NCBI GenBank assembly: GCA_963804645.1
Contig: CAWDRG010000017.1
Span: forward strand, 608,001-672,000
From: an uncultured Bacillota bacterium
GTDB taxonomy: Bacteria > Sysuimicrobiota > Sysuimicrobiia > Sysuimicrobiales > Segetimicrobiaceae
Reading direction: 5' to 3'
DNA length: 64,000 nucleotides
A program made the position numbers and the translations under genes. The notes under the pieces were generated by a model. That model saw nothing but the letters and a program-made list of their open reading frames with translations, ran no database searches and was not told the origin of the DNA. Shown in pieces: positions 1 through 10,218 of the stretch (positions are counted from its first letter, which is position 1; each line of letters opens with the position of its first letter).

Positions 1-1091
1 TGTTTGAGGTCATGACGGACAAGGCCACCGTCGAAGTCGAAGCCTCCGCCACGGGCACGCTGCTTCGCATCCTCGTCCCCGAGGGCAGCGCCGCGCCGGT
101 GGCGGCCCCGATCGCGGTCATTGGGGCCCCCGGCGAAGCGGTCTCCACTGCGGGAGCCGCCGCGGCGCCGCCGGCCCCCGCCCCGAGCGCGCCGGCCGCC
201 CCCGCGGGCGCCCCCGTCTCGGAGAGGGCCGAACGCGTCAGGATCTCACCGCGCGCCCGGGCGCTTGCGGATGCCCGCGGCCTCGACATCGGCACCATCA
301 TCGGCACGGGACCGAGCGGCCGCATCATGGAGGCCGATGTGCAGCAGGCGCTCGCCGCGCGAACGCCGGGCGCGGCGCGCTACGACGGGGCGCCGGCCGC
401 CGCCGCATCGCCCGCGTCGGGCGCGATGCGCGCCATCATCGCCCGACGGATGCTGGAGAGCCTGCAGACCTCAGCCCAGCTCACCCTCACGACGGAAGTC
501 GATATGCGGGACACGGCCCGCCTGCGCGAGGAGCTCGCCGCCGAACTTGAGCGGCGCGAAGGGATCCGCCTCACCTACACCGATCTCATCGTGCGGGCCG
601 CGGCGCTCGCGCTGCGCGACCACCCCGCGATCAACGCGCGGTGGGAACACACCGGCGTGCGCCGCCTGACCGAGATCCACATCGGCGTCGCGGTCGCCCT
701 CGAGGAGGGCATCGTGGTCCCGGTGGTCCGCGATGCGGACCGCGCGGCCGTCCCGCAGCTCTCCGCGGCGATCCGCGACCTGTCGGAGCGCGCGCGGACC
801 ATGCGGCTGCGGCCGGACGAGATGCAGGGCAGCACGTTCACGGTCACCAACCTGGGCATGTTCGAGATCGATGGGTTTACCCCGATCCTGAACGCGCCGG
901 ACGCCGCGATCCTGGGGGTCGGGCGCATCCGCCGCCGGCCGATCGCCGTCGAGGAGCGCGTCGAGATTCGCCCGACGATGGTGCTGTCGCTGACGTTCGA
1001 TCACCGCGTGGTCGACGGGGCGCCCGCCGCGCAGTTCCTGCAACGCGTCAAGCACGTCCTCGAGCACCCCTACCTGCTGCTGCTGCCGTAG
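1..1091 (+). CDS. 2-oxoacid dehydrogenase E2 dihydrolipoamide acyltransferase (5' part outside window)
   Basis: Lipoyl motif FEVMTDKATVEV at the window edge, Ala/Pro linker, E3-binding ISPRAR..GTGPSGRI, catalytic DHRVVDG. Confidence 0.93.
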   Translation, partial: FEVMTDKATVEVEASATGTLLRILVPEGSAAPVAAPIAVIGAPGEAVSTAGAAAAPPAPAPSAPAAPAGAPVSERAERVRISPRARALADARGLDIGTIIGTGPSGRIMEADVQQALAARTPGAARYDGAPAAAASPASGAMRAIIARRMLESLQTSAQLTLTTEVDMRDTARLREELAAELERREGIRLTYTDLIVRAAALALRDHPAINARWEHTGVRRLTEIHIGVAVALEEGIVVPVVRDADRAAVPQLSAAIRDLSERARTMRLRPDEMQGSTFTVTNLGMFEIDGFTPILNAPDAAILGVGRIRRRPIAVEERVEIRPTMVLSLTFDHRVVDGAPAAQFLQRVKHVLEHPYLLLLP

Positions 1092-1168
1092 CCGACGCGC
1101 CGACACGGCGGCCGGACCACCGGCGGCCGTGATCCGTCCCCGACGGCCGGGGACATGGAGGTCGACCG

Positions 1169-1963
1169 ATGCCACCCACGATCCTGTTTAACGAGCTGAC
1201 CCGCACGGAGCTGCGGCGGCGGGCGCCCGACACGCTGCTGGTGCTGCCGACCGCGGCCACGGAACAGCACGGCCCGTATCTCCCCGTTGGGACGGACTGT
1301 TTCGAGGTGGAGGCGGTCGCCCGAACCGCCGCCGAGAAGGCCTCCTCGCGGATCTCGGTCCTCGTGGCACCGACGCTCCCCTTCGGCTCGTCGCACCATC
1401 ATCTGCCCTGGGGGGCGACGCTGTCGCTCAGCAGCGGCGCGTACTACCAGGCGGTGTTTGATCTGGTGCGGACGATCGTCGTCGAGGGCGGATTCCGCCG
1501 GGTGTTTCTGCTCAACGGCCACGGCGGCAACGACGTCCTGAACCAGCTCGTCGCGAGAGACATCGCCGTGCAGTTTGCGGCGAACGTCGCCGCCGGCTCC
1601 CACTGGGCGATCGCGTGGGACGCGCTCGTCGAAGCGGGCGCCCCCAAACGCGGCCACGTGCCGGGGCACGCCGGGGACTTCGAGGCCTCGCTCGTGCTCG
1701 CGATCCGGCCCGAACTGGTCTCGCCCGAGCGGCCGAAGGACGACCGCGTCTGGAACCAGAACCCGCGGAGCTTCTACCCAAACTATCACGTCGAACGGCA
1801 CGGGTTCTTTCAGTCCTTTGACGGGCACACGGACAGCTCGCACAACGCCAGCGCCGAGGTCGGGCAGCGCTACCTGGGCCTCATCACCGACGCGGTCGCG
1901 GACGCGTTCGTGCAGTTCTACCAGCAGCCGCTGCTTCCGGGACCGGGCTCACCCCGGACCTGA
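1169..1963 (+). CDS. Creatininase/creatinine amidohydrolase family protein
   Basis: EQHG..LP..TD, NGHGGN and HAGDFE motifs; GGAGG RBS. Confidence 0.9.
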   Translation: MPPTILFNELTRTELRRRAPDTLLVLPTAATEQHGPYLPVGTDCFEVEAVARTAAEKASSRISVLVAPTLPFGSSHHHLPWGATLSLSSGAYYQAVFDLVRTIVVEGGFRRVFLLNGHGGNDVLNQLVARDIAVQFAANVAAGSHWAIAWDALVEAGAPKRGHVPGHAGDFEASLVLAIRPELVSPERPKDDRVWNQNPRSFYPNYHVERHGFFQSFDGHTDSSHNASAEVGQRYLGLITDAVADAFVQFYQQPLLPGPGSPRT

Positions 1964-2062
1964 CCGCGTGCCGTCTCTGATCGCACCCCCCGACCGGTGC
2001 CTCCCGGTCCGAACGCGCATGAGTTAGCCGCGGCGCGCCCGGGGGAAACCTCCTAGAGAAGG

Positions 2063-2509
2063 GTGCCGGAGGAGGTGGCGAACGTGGTGCAGACCCTCGT
2101 TGTCGTCTTCTTGATCCTCGCGGGCGGAGTGCTCGTCCAGTCGAACATCGGCGCACTCGAAACGCCGATCAGCGTCGCGCTGCCTGGAGCGGCGGGCGCG
2201 ACCGTAACGGTGCTCGACATCATCCTCGCGGCGGCGGCGGCGCTGGTCGTCGCGTGGCTCGCGGGACAGGTCGATCGGGCGTTCCTCGCGTGGCGGCTCC
2301 TCAGGCGCGAGCGCACGGTGCGGATCATACGGGATGAGGTCGCCCCGTCCGGGCCGGTCGCGGACGAACGTCAGCCGAGTGTCATGTATGTCTCGCTCAG
2401 CAACATCCACAATCGGCTGGACGCGATCGAACAGCAGCTGGACGCACTGCGTCAGCGCCTGGACGCGGCGCTCGGAACGAGGGCGTCGGTGCGCAGCCTG
2501 CGGCAGTGA
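2063..2509 (+). CDS. Hypothetical membrane protein with C-terminal coiled coil
   Basis: Two hydrophobic stretches, then heptad-like LDAIEQQLDALRQRL; GTG start uncertain. Confidence 0.55.
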   Translation: MPEEVANVVQTLVVVFLILAGGVLVQSNIGALETPISVALPGAAGATVTVLDIILAAAAALVVAWLAGQVDRAFLAWRLLRRERTVRIIRDEVAPSGPVADERQPSVMYVSLSNIHNRLDAIEQQLDALRQRLDAALGTRASVRSLRQ

Positions 2510-2579
2510 CGCGAGGAGTCCTCCGGCATCGATCGAGCCCGTCCATGCGTCACGGGTCGCAATGAAGCAAATATGGCGC

Positions 2580-3260
2580 TTAGGTGACGCGCGGACGGGG
2601 ATAGAGCGCGCGAACGCTCACCGCGGCCAGGACAGCGCCGACGACCTGGGCCAGAATGAACGGAGGCACCGAGGCCGGGGCGATTCCCGCGAAACTATCC
2701 GAGAGCGTGCGGGCGAGGCTGACGGCAGGGTTCGCGAAACTCGTGCTGGAGGTGAACCAGTAGGCACCGGCCACGTAGGCGCCCACCGCGTACGCGACAG
2801 CGGTCTTCTGCCCCGCGTGGACGATGCCGAAGATGACGAGCACGAGCCCGAATGTCGCGACCACCTCCCCGAGCCACAACCCGCTCCCCGACCGCACTTT
2901 GTGCGACAAGGCCACGGCGGGCAGGGAGTACATGAGGTTCGCCACGATGGCCCCGACGATACCCCCGCCCACCTGAGCGGTCCAGTACGCCAGACACTCG
3001 TGCCAGGCCGTACCGTTGAGGATCCGATCCGCCAGCGTGACCACAGGGTTCAGGTGCGCCCCGGACACCGGAGCGAGCGCCAAGATGATCGCGGCGAGCG
3101 CCGCCCCCGTCGCCACGGCGTTCTCCAAGAGTTCGAGCCCGATCTCGTTCGGACTGAAACGTTGCGCGGCGATTCCTGATCCGATGATCGCGGTGAGGAG
3201 CAGCGCGGTTCCGATGAACTCGGCGAGCGCCCGCCGGCCCAGCGTCGGCGTCTCGTTCAC
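2580..3260 (-). CDS. MIP/aquaglyceroporin channel (AqpS-like, arsenic operon)
   Basis: AEFIGT, SGAHLNPVV and FANPAV motifs; overlaps the arsC stop. Confidence 0.9.
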   Translation of the reverse strand: MNETPTLGRRALAEFIGTALLLTAIIGSGIAAQRFSPNEIGLELLENAVATGAALAAIILALAPVSGAHLNPVVTLADRILNGTAWHECLAYWTAQVGGGIVGAIVANLMYSLPAVALSHKVRSGSGLWLGEVVATFGLVLVIFGIVHAGQKTAVAYAVGAYVAGAYWFTSSTSFANPAVSLARTLSDSFAGIAPASVPPFILAQVVGAVLAAVSVRALYPRPRVT

Positions 3261-3733
3261 CCGCGAGGTGCTGTGCCCTGCTGCTGCGTCGCGTGCTTCT
3301 CGATAATCACCAAGAGCTGCCTCAGGCGACGCTCGAGTTCAGCCGCCACCTGGCGAAACGCGACATAGCGGTCATCGTCGGAGCCCAGGGCGGCCGCCGG
3401 GTCGTCGAACCGCCAGTGAATCCGCTCCGGATCGCCAGGGAACAGCGGGCACGTCTCGCGGGCGCTGTCGCAAAGCGAAATCACGTAGTCGAAGCGCTGC
3501 CCGGCAAATTCGTCAACGTGTTTCGATCGCTGACCGCTGATGTCAACGCCCAGCAGCCGCTGCACGGCGCTGACGGCGAGCGGATGGACCTGCGACGGTT
3601 CCGTCCCGGCGCTCTGGACGTCCACGGTCCCGGCGCTCAGATGCTGCAGGATGCCCTCGGCCATCTGCGACCGTGCCGCGTTGTGTGTGCAGAGGAACAG
3701 CACGCGCGCCTGGGTCGGGGCCACGTCAGTCAC
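3257..3733 (-). CDS. arsC: Arsenate reductase, LMW-PTP/thioredoxin type
   Basis: P-loop CTHNAARSQMAE, resolving cysteines LCDSARETCP, HW.F.DP. Confidence 0.92.
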   Translation of the reverse strand: MTDVAPTQARVLFLCTHNAARSQMAEGILQHLSAGTVDVQSAGTEPSQVHPLAVSAVQRLLGVDISGQRSKHVDEFAGQRFDYVISLCDSARETCPLFPGDPERIHWRFDDPAAALGSDDDRYVAFRQVAAELERRLRQLLVIIEKHATQQQGTAPRG

Positions 3734-4550
3734 TCCCGTGACCGGTGCTGAGGGGCTTGCGCGCCCGGATGAAGGCGCTCATGAAGCGATCGCGGACCAG
3801 CGGCGCCGCCGCGTCGACGTCGACACCGTGACCCGAGAGGAACGCGCGCGCGTCTTCGATGTCGTACACGCGTGTCGGCTCGACGCGGATCGCGTCGAAC
3901 CCGGCCCGTGCGAGCTTGCTGACGTATTCGTCCCGTTCAAGCGCGCCGGCGACGCACCCGACCCACAGCTCCATGTTCCTGCGGATCTCCGCGGGGATAT
4001 CCCCCTGGACGACCACGTCGGAAACCGCGAAGCGCCCGCCCGGTCTGAGCACGCGAAAGGCTTCCGCAAACACGCGGTCCTTGTCGCCGGACAAGTTGAT
4101 GACGCAGTTCGAAATCACCACATCGACCGAGTCATCGGGGAGCGGAATGCGCTCGATTTCGCCCTTCAGGAACTCGACGTTCGCGACGCCCGCCTTGCGC
4201 TGGTTTTCCCGTGCCAGCGCCAGCATCTCGTCGGTCATGTCGAGGCCGTACGCGCGCCCTGCGGGGCCGACCCGCTTGGCCGAGAGCAGGACGTCGATCC
4301 CGCCCCCCGAGCCGAGATCCAAGACCACCTCGCCCGGGTGCAGCTCGGCCAGCGCGGTAGGGTTGCCGCAGCCAAGCGATGCTTGGACGGCGTCGGGCGG
4401 CAGACCGGCAATCTGAGCCTCGTCGTACAGGCCCGAGGTAATCGGATCCGCGGACCCGCCGCAGCAACTGGCGGCGCAGCACGAGGCGCCCCCCGCCACG
4501 CGGATGGCAAGTTGCGCGTACTTGTCTCGCACGAGATCCTTGACGTCCAT
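3726..4550 (-). CDS. arsM: Arsenite S-adenosylmethyltransferase
   Basis: SLGCGNP, DLGSGGG, SNCVINL, WVGCVAG and Cys-rich N-terminus; GAGGAGG RBS. Confidence 0.95.
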   Translation of the reverse strand: MDVKDLVRDKYAQLAIRVAGGASCCAASCCGGSADPITSGLYDEAQIAGLPPDAVQASLGCGNPTALAELHPGEVVLDLGSGGGIDVLLSAKRVGPAGRAYGLDMTDEMLALARENQRKAGVANVEFLKGEIERIPLPDDSVDVVISNCVINLSGDKDRVFAEAFRVLRPGGRFAVSDVVVQGDIPAEIRRNMELWVGCVAGALERDEYVSKLARAGFDAIRVEPTRVYDIEDARAFLSGHGVDVDAAAPLVRDRFMSAFIRARKPLSTGHGSD

Positions 4551-4569
4551 ATGCACCCACCCTCCTCGA

Positions 4570-4944
4570 TCAGCTCTTCTGGCGCGGTTTGCCGATCCAG
4601 ACGATCTCGCGAGGATTCACCGCTTGGCTTCGGGTACAGCACTCCGCGTACAGGAACCCGAGCAACTCGCTGAGCGTGTTCGTGTTGGCCGCGTAGCGCA
4701 GAAACGTGCCCTCGCGCTGGACGGTGACAAGATCTTCGTGCCGCAGTTTCTCCAGGTGGTGCGAGAGCGTTGAGTTCGGGATGTCCAGCTCCGCCTGCAT
4801 GTCTCCGACGACCATGCCGCCCGGATGCGCGGAGAGCAGCAGGCGGAGGATGCGCAGCCTCGCCTCTGTGCCGATCGCCGAGAACATGTCTGCATAACGC
4901 GTGATGTCTCCGGGCGCAGGCAGGGGTCGCGCGGTCTCCTTCAT
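4570..4944 (-). CDS. arsR: ArsR/SmtB family repressor
   Basis: RLRILRLL..STLSHHLEKL wHTH; C-terminal ECC; first gene of the ars operon. Confidence 0.92.
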   Translation of the reverse strand: MKETARPLPAPGDITRYADMFSAIGTEARLRILRLLLSAHPGGMVVGDMQAELDIPNSTLSHHLEKLRHEDLVTVQREGTFLRYAANTNTLSELLGFLYAECCTRSQAVNPREIVWIGKPRQKS

Positions 4945-4967
4945 CGTCAGCCCTCCCCTCACAACGA

Positions 4968-5003
4968 ATATTTCGATAATACCAGAAATATACATACAGT
5001 CAA
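4968..5003 (-). promoter_or_regulatory. sigma70-like ars promoter overlapped by a candidate ArsR operator
   Basis: Minus strand TTGACT(5003-4998)-16nt-TATTAT(4981-4976) with TGn extension; inverted repeat ATATTTC-N10-GAAATAT (4968-4991) straddles the -10. Confidence 0.7.
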
Positions 5004-5075
5004 GCCTCGCCGGCCGAGCGCACTCGGCTGCGAAAAGGACTGGGCGACCGCCCACAGAAATGCCCTGTTTCAACC

Positions 5076-5744
5076 ATGCGTGCACGGACGCTGCAGGCCG
5101 TGATTTTCGACCTCGACGGGCTCCTGGTCGACACCGAAGCCCTGCATTATCGGTCGTGGCGGGACACACTCGCAGAAATTAACATCCCGCTCGGGCTCGA
5201 TGACTATTGCGACCTGTGGATTCGCGCCGGTGGGACGATCGACACCTACCTGCAGGCCCGCAACGCGCACCACGACCCAGAGATGCTGCGGCGGCGCAAA
5301 TCGGTGCACTATTCGACGTTGCTGGAAGCCGAATTACAGCCCATGCCGTGCGCGCTCGCGCTGCTTCGCGCCCTCCGTCCGCACGTGCGGCTCGCGCTTG
5401 CCACGGCGTCCTTCCGGATGAACGCCGACGCGGTGCTGCGGAAGATCGGTGCCGCAGACGCGTTCGACGTCGTCGCGACCAGGGAAAGCGTCCCACGAGC
5501 CAAACCCTCTCCCGACGTGTTTCTTCACACGGCACGGCATCTCGGAGTGGAGACCGACAGCTGTGTCGTGTTGGAGGATGCGGAAAAGGGCGTACGCGCT
5601 GCCCGGGGCGCCGGCATGCTCGTGATCGCCGTGCCGACGACGCACACGCGGACCAACGATTTTTCCGCGGCGACCCTGGTGGTGGACTCCTTGTGCGACC
5701 TCTCCTTGGAACGGCTGAAACGGCTCGTCGCGAACGCGACGTAG
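5076..5744 (+). CDS. HAD-superfamily phosphatase (beta-PGM-like)
   Basis: FDLDGLLVDTE, KPSPD and LEDA..GV motifs. Confidence 0.92.
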   Translation: MRARTLQAVIFDLDGLLVDTEALHYRSWRDTLAEINIPLGLDDYCDLWIRAGGTIDTYLQARNAHHDPEMLRRRKSVHYSTLLEAELQPMPCALALLRALRPHVRLALATASFRMNADAVLRKIGAADAFDVVATRESVPRAKPSPDVFLHTARHLGVETDSCVVLEDAEKGVRAARGAGMLVIAVPTTHTRTNDFSAATLVVDSLCDLSLERLKRLVANAT

Positions 5745-5879
5745 GCGGACCATCCCCGCGCGGGTCACGTGCCCAGCAACTCCGCCATCGAGGACCGTCC
5801 CACGGACGCGGCCAGCGATTCCCGACGGCCGCGCTGCGCGACATCCGGGCCGGGTGTGTGAGAACCGTGAGTGCGGGGG

Positions 5880-6464
5880 CTATCTCGCCGGCGTCGATCG
5901 ACGGCGCCAGATCAATGCGATACCGAACACCACGACCACGGCGACCCTGGCCGTGCGCAGCGCGACCAGCCTCCACGGACCAATCGGCATGGGCGGCAGG
6001 AGCGGATACACCACAAGCGCACTGACGCCGAGCACCAGCGCGCCGCGGACCGCCTCGATCGTGACCGCTCGGGAAACACGCTGCAGCGGAAGCTTGACGG
6101 CCAACAGACGGACGATCACGAGGGCGCCGACCGCTCCGGCGCCCACCCGGCCCGCGCCGATCAGGATCGCCAGCAAGGCGATCGCCCACATCGCCATCGA
6201 CGTCGTGAACTCAAGCGAACGATCGATCACGAGGCTGCGGACGTTCAGGCCCACGGTCAGGAGCCAGAGTCCCAGGAGGCACTCGTACGCCGTCAGCAGC
6301 GCCGCCCGCGCGGCGAGCGTTCACGCGAGCGCGACGCCCCCGAAGGTCTTGACCCCGATGTCCTTGTGTGCCGCCCGGCGTTCGAGCCCAACGAGCGCAC
6401 CCGCGCGTGCGGAGACGCCGACCTGCGTCAGACGCGATGCGACCTGTGCGGTGGTAAGCATCAT
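5880..6464 (-). pseudogene. MgtC/SapB-DUF4010-type membrane protein, disrupted
   Basis: ALVGLERR..IGVKTF..., in-frame TGA at 6321-6323, then ...EFTTS...VVYPLLP.MPIGPW; ends early at 5880. Confidence 0.7.
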
Positions 6465-6600
6465 CGTCGCGGTAGTTATGCCCTAGTGGCGCGAGTCGGA
6501 AATGTGTGACACAGGGCTACGCCGTTCTTGCTGGCCTGCAAGGATCTTGAGAGAGCCACCCGTATCACTTATCACGGACCCACTCCACTAGGACCGCACG

Positions 6601-7446
6601 CTAGGGCCCGTCTCTGATACGTCTGATCCTGCTGTCCAGCGCAACCACCTCTCGCCTCGCGGCCTCGGCAAAATCTTTGCCGGCGGACCGGAAAATCACT
6701 TGACGTGACGAGTTCACAATCACCCCGTCGCGGCGGCTGTTCAATCCGGCGCGGACGGCATCGCCCAGATCTCCCCCCTGGGCCCCGATCCCGGCGATGA
6801 GCATCGCCATGTCACCGATGATACGCCGCACCGTCTCCACGGCGTCCGGATAGGTGCCGCCGACCATCACCGCGCAGTTCCCGTGCGCATTCCACACCGT
6901 CGCGACATGCTCGGCCACGACGTGATAGAGCGGGCGGTCCCGCTGGGTCGGCAGATCCTGAAACTCGCGCGCGCCCGGATTGGAGTTGTGGCACAGCACG
7001 ATGATCCCCCTGTCTTCGCGCTCCAGGAAGGGACTCAGCGCCTCGCGCCCGAGGTACGGGTGGACGGTGACCGCATCGGCGCCGCAGATGTCGAAGACAA
7101 ACCGCGCATACGCCCTGTTGGTGTTGTCGATGTCTCCGCGCTTCGCATCGAGAATCACCGGTACCTCGGGGGCGGTCTCGTGGATGTGTGCGATCGTGCG
7201 AATCAGCGCCTCGATGCCGGCCGGCCCCTGCGCCTCGTAGAACGCAGAATTGGGTTTGTACGCGCACACCAGGTCGGCGGTCGCGTCGACGATGGCGCGG
7301 TTGAACGCAAAGATCCGATCGCCAACGCCCGCAGACGCGAGGTGCGCGACCGGAAGGCTGTCCGCATCGCTGTCCAGCCCAACGCACACAAACTTCTGGC
7401 GATCCCATCCGCGCTGCAATAGGCGGTTGAAATTGCGAGGCTCCAT
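6601..7446 (-). CDS. pyrF: Orotidine-5'-phosphate decarboxylase (type 2)
   Basis: CVGLD, YKPNSAFYE, LDAKRGDI, GIGAQGG and NSSR motifs. Confidence 0.95.
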   Translation of the reverse strand: MEPRNFNRLLQRGWDRQKFVCVGLDSDADSLPVAHLASAGVGDRIFAFNRAIVDATADLVCAYKPNSAFYEAQGPAGIEALIRTIAHIHETAPEVPVILDAKRGDIDNTNRAYARFVFDICGADAVTVHPYLGREALSPFLEREDRGIIVLCHNSNPGAREFQDLPTQRDRPLYHVVAEHVATVWNAHGNCAVMVGGTYPDAVETVRRIIGDMAMLIAGIGAQGGDLGDAVRAGLNSRRDGVIVNSSRQVIFRSAGKDFAEAARREVVALDSRIRRIRDGP

Positions 7447-7649
7447 GGCGCCGTCACTTCGCCCACCGGCCCCTCGCACCCTGTTGAGGCCAGGCGTGCG
7501 CGCCTGTGCCAGCCGCATCGATTCCCTTGGGCGGCACGCGGACGGAACGGCTGGACGCATCGCCCGGAGGGGGAACGGGATGCTCGCCGCGAACGGGGCA
7601 CGGCGGCGGGGTGGTCCCGGCGGTCAGCGGGGCACGCGAGCGCGCCCGA

Positions 7650-8324
7650 TCACCGGTGCGGCCCGCGCAGCCCGTCGAGCTTGGCCCGCGTGCCGTTGAT
7701 GTCGGGCAGCTTCTCGCCGGCGTCCAGACGGCGCTGCACGCCCGTCCACCTGGCCTCGCGCTCGCGCAGCGTCTCGACGATCCCGGCCACGTCGCCCGGG
7801 GCGAGGAAGTACACGCCGTCCGAGTCGGCGAACACGATATCGCCGGGGTGCACGACCGCTTCGCCGATCCGCACCGGCATCTGCACCCCCCCTTCGAGCG
7901 CGAGGCCGTGCGTCGTGAGCGACGTGATGCCCCGGCACCACACCGGCAGGCCCAGCTCCTTCAGTTCCTCCCAGTCCGTCGCGGGACCGTCGACCACGAT
8001 GCCGACGGCGCCGGCGCGCGCCGCGGCGTACGCTACGCCTCCGCCGACGCAGGCGCGTCCCGTCTCCCCCGTGGTGTCGATCACGAGGACCTCGCCGGGC
8101 TCAATCACGCCGAGCGCGTAGTGCACCGCCGATCCATCCACGCGGGGGATATGCGCCGTGCACGCCCTGCCGACAGCCTTTGCGGGCCGGAACAGCGGCT
8201 GGACCCCCTGCGCGAACCCGAAATCTGTGATGTGCCCGAGCGTCGCCGTGCCAACACCCCGGAGCCCTTCCAGCGCGGCGGACAGTCCCGGCGGTGCAGG
8301 CGGGCGCGTACCTAACTGGAACAT
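7650..8324 (-). CDS. RraA/HMG-CHA aldolase family protein
   Basis: ATLGH, ACVGG, VDGPATD, V.PGDIVFADSDGV. Confidence 0.85.
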   Translation of the reverse strand: MFQLGTRPPAPPGLSAALEGLRGVGTATLGHITDFGFAQGVQPLFRPAKAVGRACTAHIPRVDGSAVHYALGVIEPGEVLVIDTTGETGRACVGGGVAYAAARAGAVGIVVDGPATDWEELKELGLPVWCRGITSLTTHGLALEGGVQMPVRIGEAVVHPGDIVFADSDGVYFLAPGDVAGIVETLREREARWTGVQRRLDAGEKLPDINGTRAKLDGLRGPHR

Positions 8325-8555
8325 GTGCGGACCTCGCTTTAGCATGGCATGTCGTGACCGCCGATCGGACGCGTCCCTCGACGGCCCGATCCCGGCCCGG
8401 CTACCAGTACGCGGCGCGCGCGCTGCACTCCTTTGGACTGTGGGGGGCGTTTGGATGCTCAGACACGCGACCAATTCAGGAACCGATCGACCGCCGGACC
8501 CGTTATCACGCACAGACACCGCCGCATGAATCGGGAGACTGGTGTGAACCGATCA

Positions 8556-10079
8556 ATGGCTGAACCGATCGTCGGGAAGTTGTGGCGCCGCGTGCTCTGC
8601 GGAGCGATCGTGTGCCTCCTCGCCGTGGTACCCGCGGTGGCACAAGAGCATCCCGTCGCGGCCGCGGTCCCGGCCGGTCCGGTCGTCACGGACCACTCGA
8701 TCAGCATCGGGGGCACGATCCTCGACTACGACGCCGCGGTCGGCCTGGAGCCGGTGACCGACGACGCGGGCAAGATCCTCGCGACCATGTTCTACGTCGC
8801 GTACACGAAGCGGGGCGTTCAGGACGCGTCGACGCGGCCGATCACCTTCGTCTTCAACGGAGGCCCCGGCGCGGCGTCGGTCATCCTGCACCTCGACGCG
8901 GTCGGGCCGAAGCGCGTCCAGGTGACCGCCGATGACGTGCCCGCGGCGTCCCCGTCCGCCTGGATCGACAACCAGTTCACGTGGCTCACGTTCACGGACC
9001 TCGTGGTGGTGGACGCGATCGGGACCGGGTACAGCCGTCCCGCGCCAGGTGTGGCGGCGGCCCAGTTTTACGACGCAGACGGGGATGCTCTGTCCTTTGC
9101 GCGGTTCATTCGCACGTACCTCGTGGCGAATCACCGGGAGCGCTCGCCCAAGTTCCTCGCCGGAGAAAGTTACGGGGGCACCCGGGCCGCGGTGTTGGCC
9201 CACCTGCTGCCGCATCAGTTCGGGGTGATGCTGAACGGGCTGATTCTGATCTCGCCCGTCCTCGATTTCGGGACGCTGAACAGCGAGTACGGCAACCCCG
9301 ACCGCAGCTCGGACCTCGCGTTCGCGGTGGACGTCCCGTCCTACGCCGCGACCGCCGCGTACCACAAGAAGCTGCGGCCGGACCTCGAGGCTGATCTGCC
9401 GCGCCTGCTGCGCGATGTGGAACAGTGGTCGACCAGCGAGTATCTCCCGGCCCTCGTCCGTGGAGACACCCTGTCCGAGGACACGCAGGCGCGCGTGGCG
9501 GCCACGCTGTCCCAATACACCGGGATCGCTGAAGCGTTCATCCGCGCGCACCACCTGCGCCTGCTGCCCCGCGATTTTCGGCGAGAACTGCTGGGCGATC
9601 AGCACCTCGAGCTCGGAATCATGGATGGCCGGATCGCCGCCGATCCGCGGAGCGTCGCGGGCACGGACGCGGCGCTCGCGCCGCTCGGGCTGATCTTCCG
9701 CGACTACGCGCAGCGCGAACTGGCGTACCGAACGGACGAACCCTACGTCACGCTGTCGGGAACCGTCGAACGTCAGTGGAACTGGCAGTCGAGCGGGCTC
9801 GGCGGCGCGCTCAACGTGACCGACGACCTACGCCAGGCGATGCAGCAGAATCCCGCGCTGAAGGTCCTCGTCGCGCGTGGCTACTACGATCTGGACGTGC
9901 CGTACTACGGGACGGAGTACGCGCTGAACCAGCTGCGCCTGGGCCCCGCGCTCTCGGCCAACCTCACCCGCACGTACTACGAGACGGGACACATGGTGTA
10001 CACGTCCGAGCCGATGCTCGTGAAGCTCTCCGCCGACGCGGCGGCGCTCGTCGCCGCGGGTTCGGGACCCGCGCGCTAG
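8556..10079 (+). CDS. Secreted S10 serine carboxypeptidase
   Basis: Signal peptide; FNGGPG, GESYG, GYYDL and GHM motifs. Confidence 0.92.
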   Translation: MAEPIVGKLWRRVLCGAIVCLLAVVPAVAQEHPVAAAVPAGPVVTDHSISIGGTILDYDAAVGLEPVTDDAGKILATMFYVAYTKRGVQDASTRPITFVFNGGPGAASVILHLDAVGPKRVQVTADDVPAASPSAWIDNQFTWLTFTDLVVVDAIGTGYSRPAPGVAAAQFYDADGDALSFARFIRTYLVANHRERSPKFLAGESYGGTRAAVLAHLLPHQFGVMLNGLILISPVLDFGTLNSEYGNPDRSSDLAFAVDVPSYAATAAYHKKLRPDLEADLPRLLRDVEQWSTSEYLPALVRGDTLSEDTQARVAATLSQYTGIAEAFIRAHHLRLLPRDFRRELLGDQHLELGIMDGRIAADPRSVAGTDAALAPLGLIFRDYAQRELAYRTDEPYVTLSGTVERQWNWQSSGLGGALNVTDDLRQAMQQNPALKVLVARGYYDLDVPYYGTEYALNQLRLGPALSANLTRTYYETGHMVYTSEPMLVKLSADAAALVAAGSGPAR

Positions 10080-10218
10080 GCGCCTCCGCAGTCGCACCCC
10101 GCCGCGAATCCGCGTTCCCACGCCCGGCAGGGCGGCACGCCCGCGCTTGTAGTACACTGTGCACGGCGCATGTCTCGACCACGATCCCGCCCATGCCACA
10201 CGACACGGAGCCGACCCG

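Noticed and set aside
6321..6323. In-frame TGA as selenocysteine
   Set aside because: Membrane segment, not a redox motif, and the gene is also truncated.
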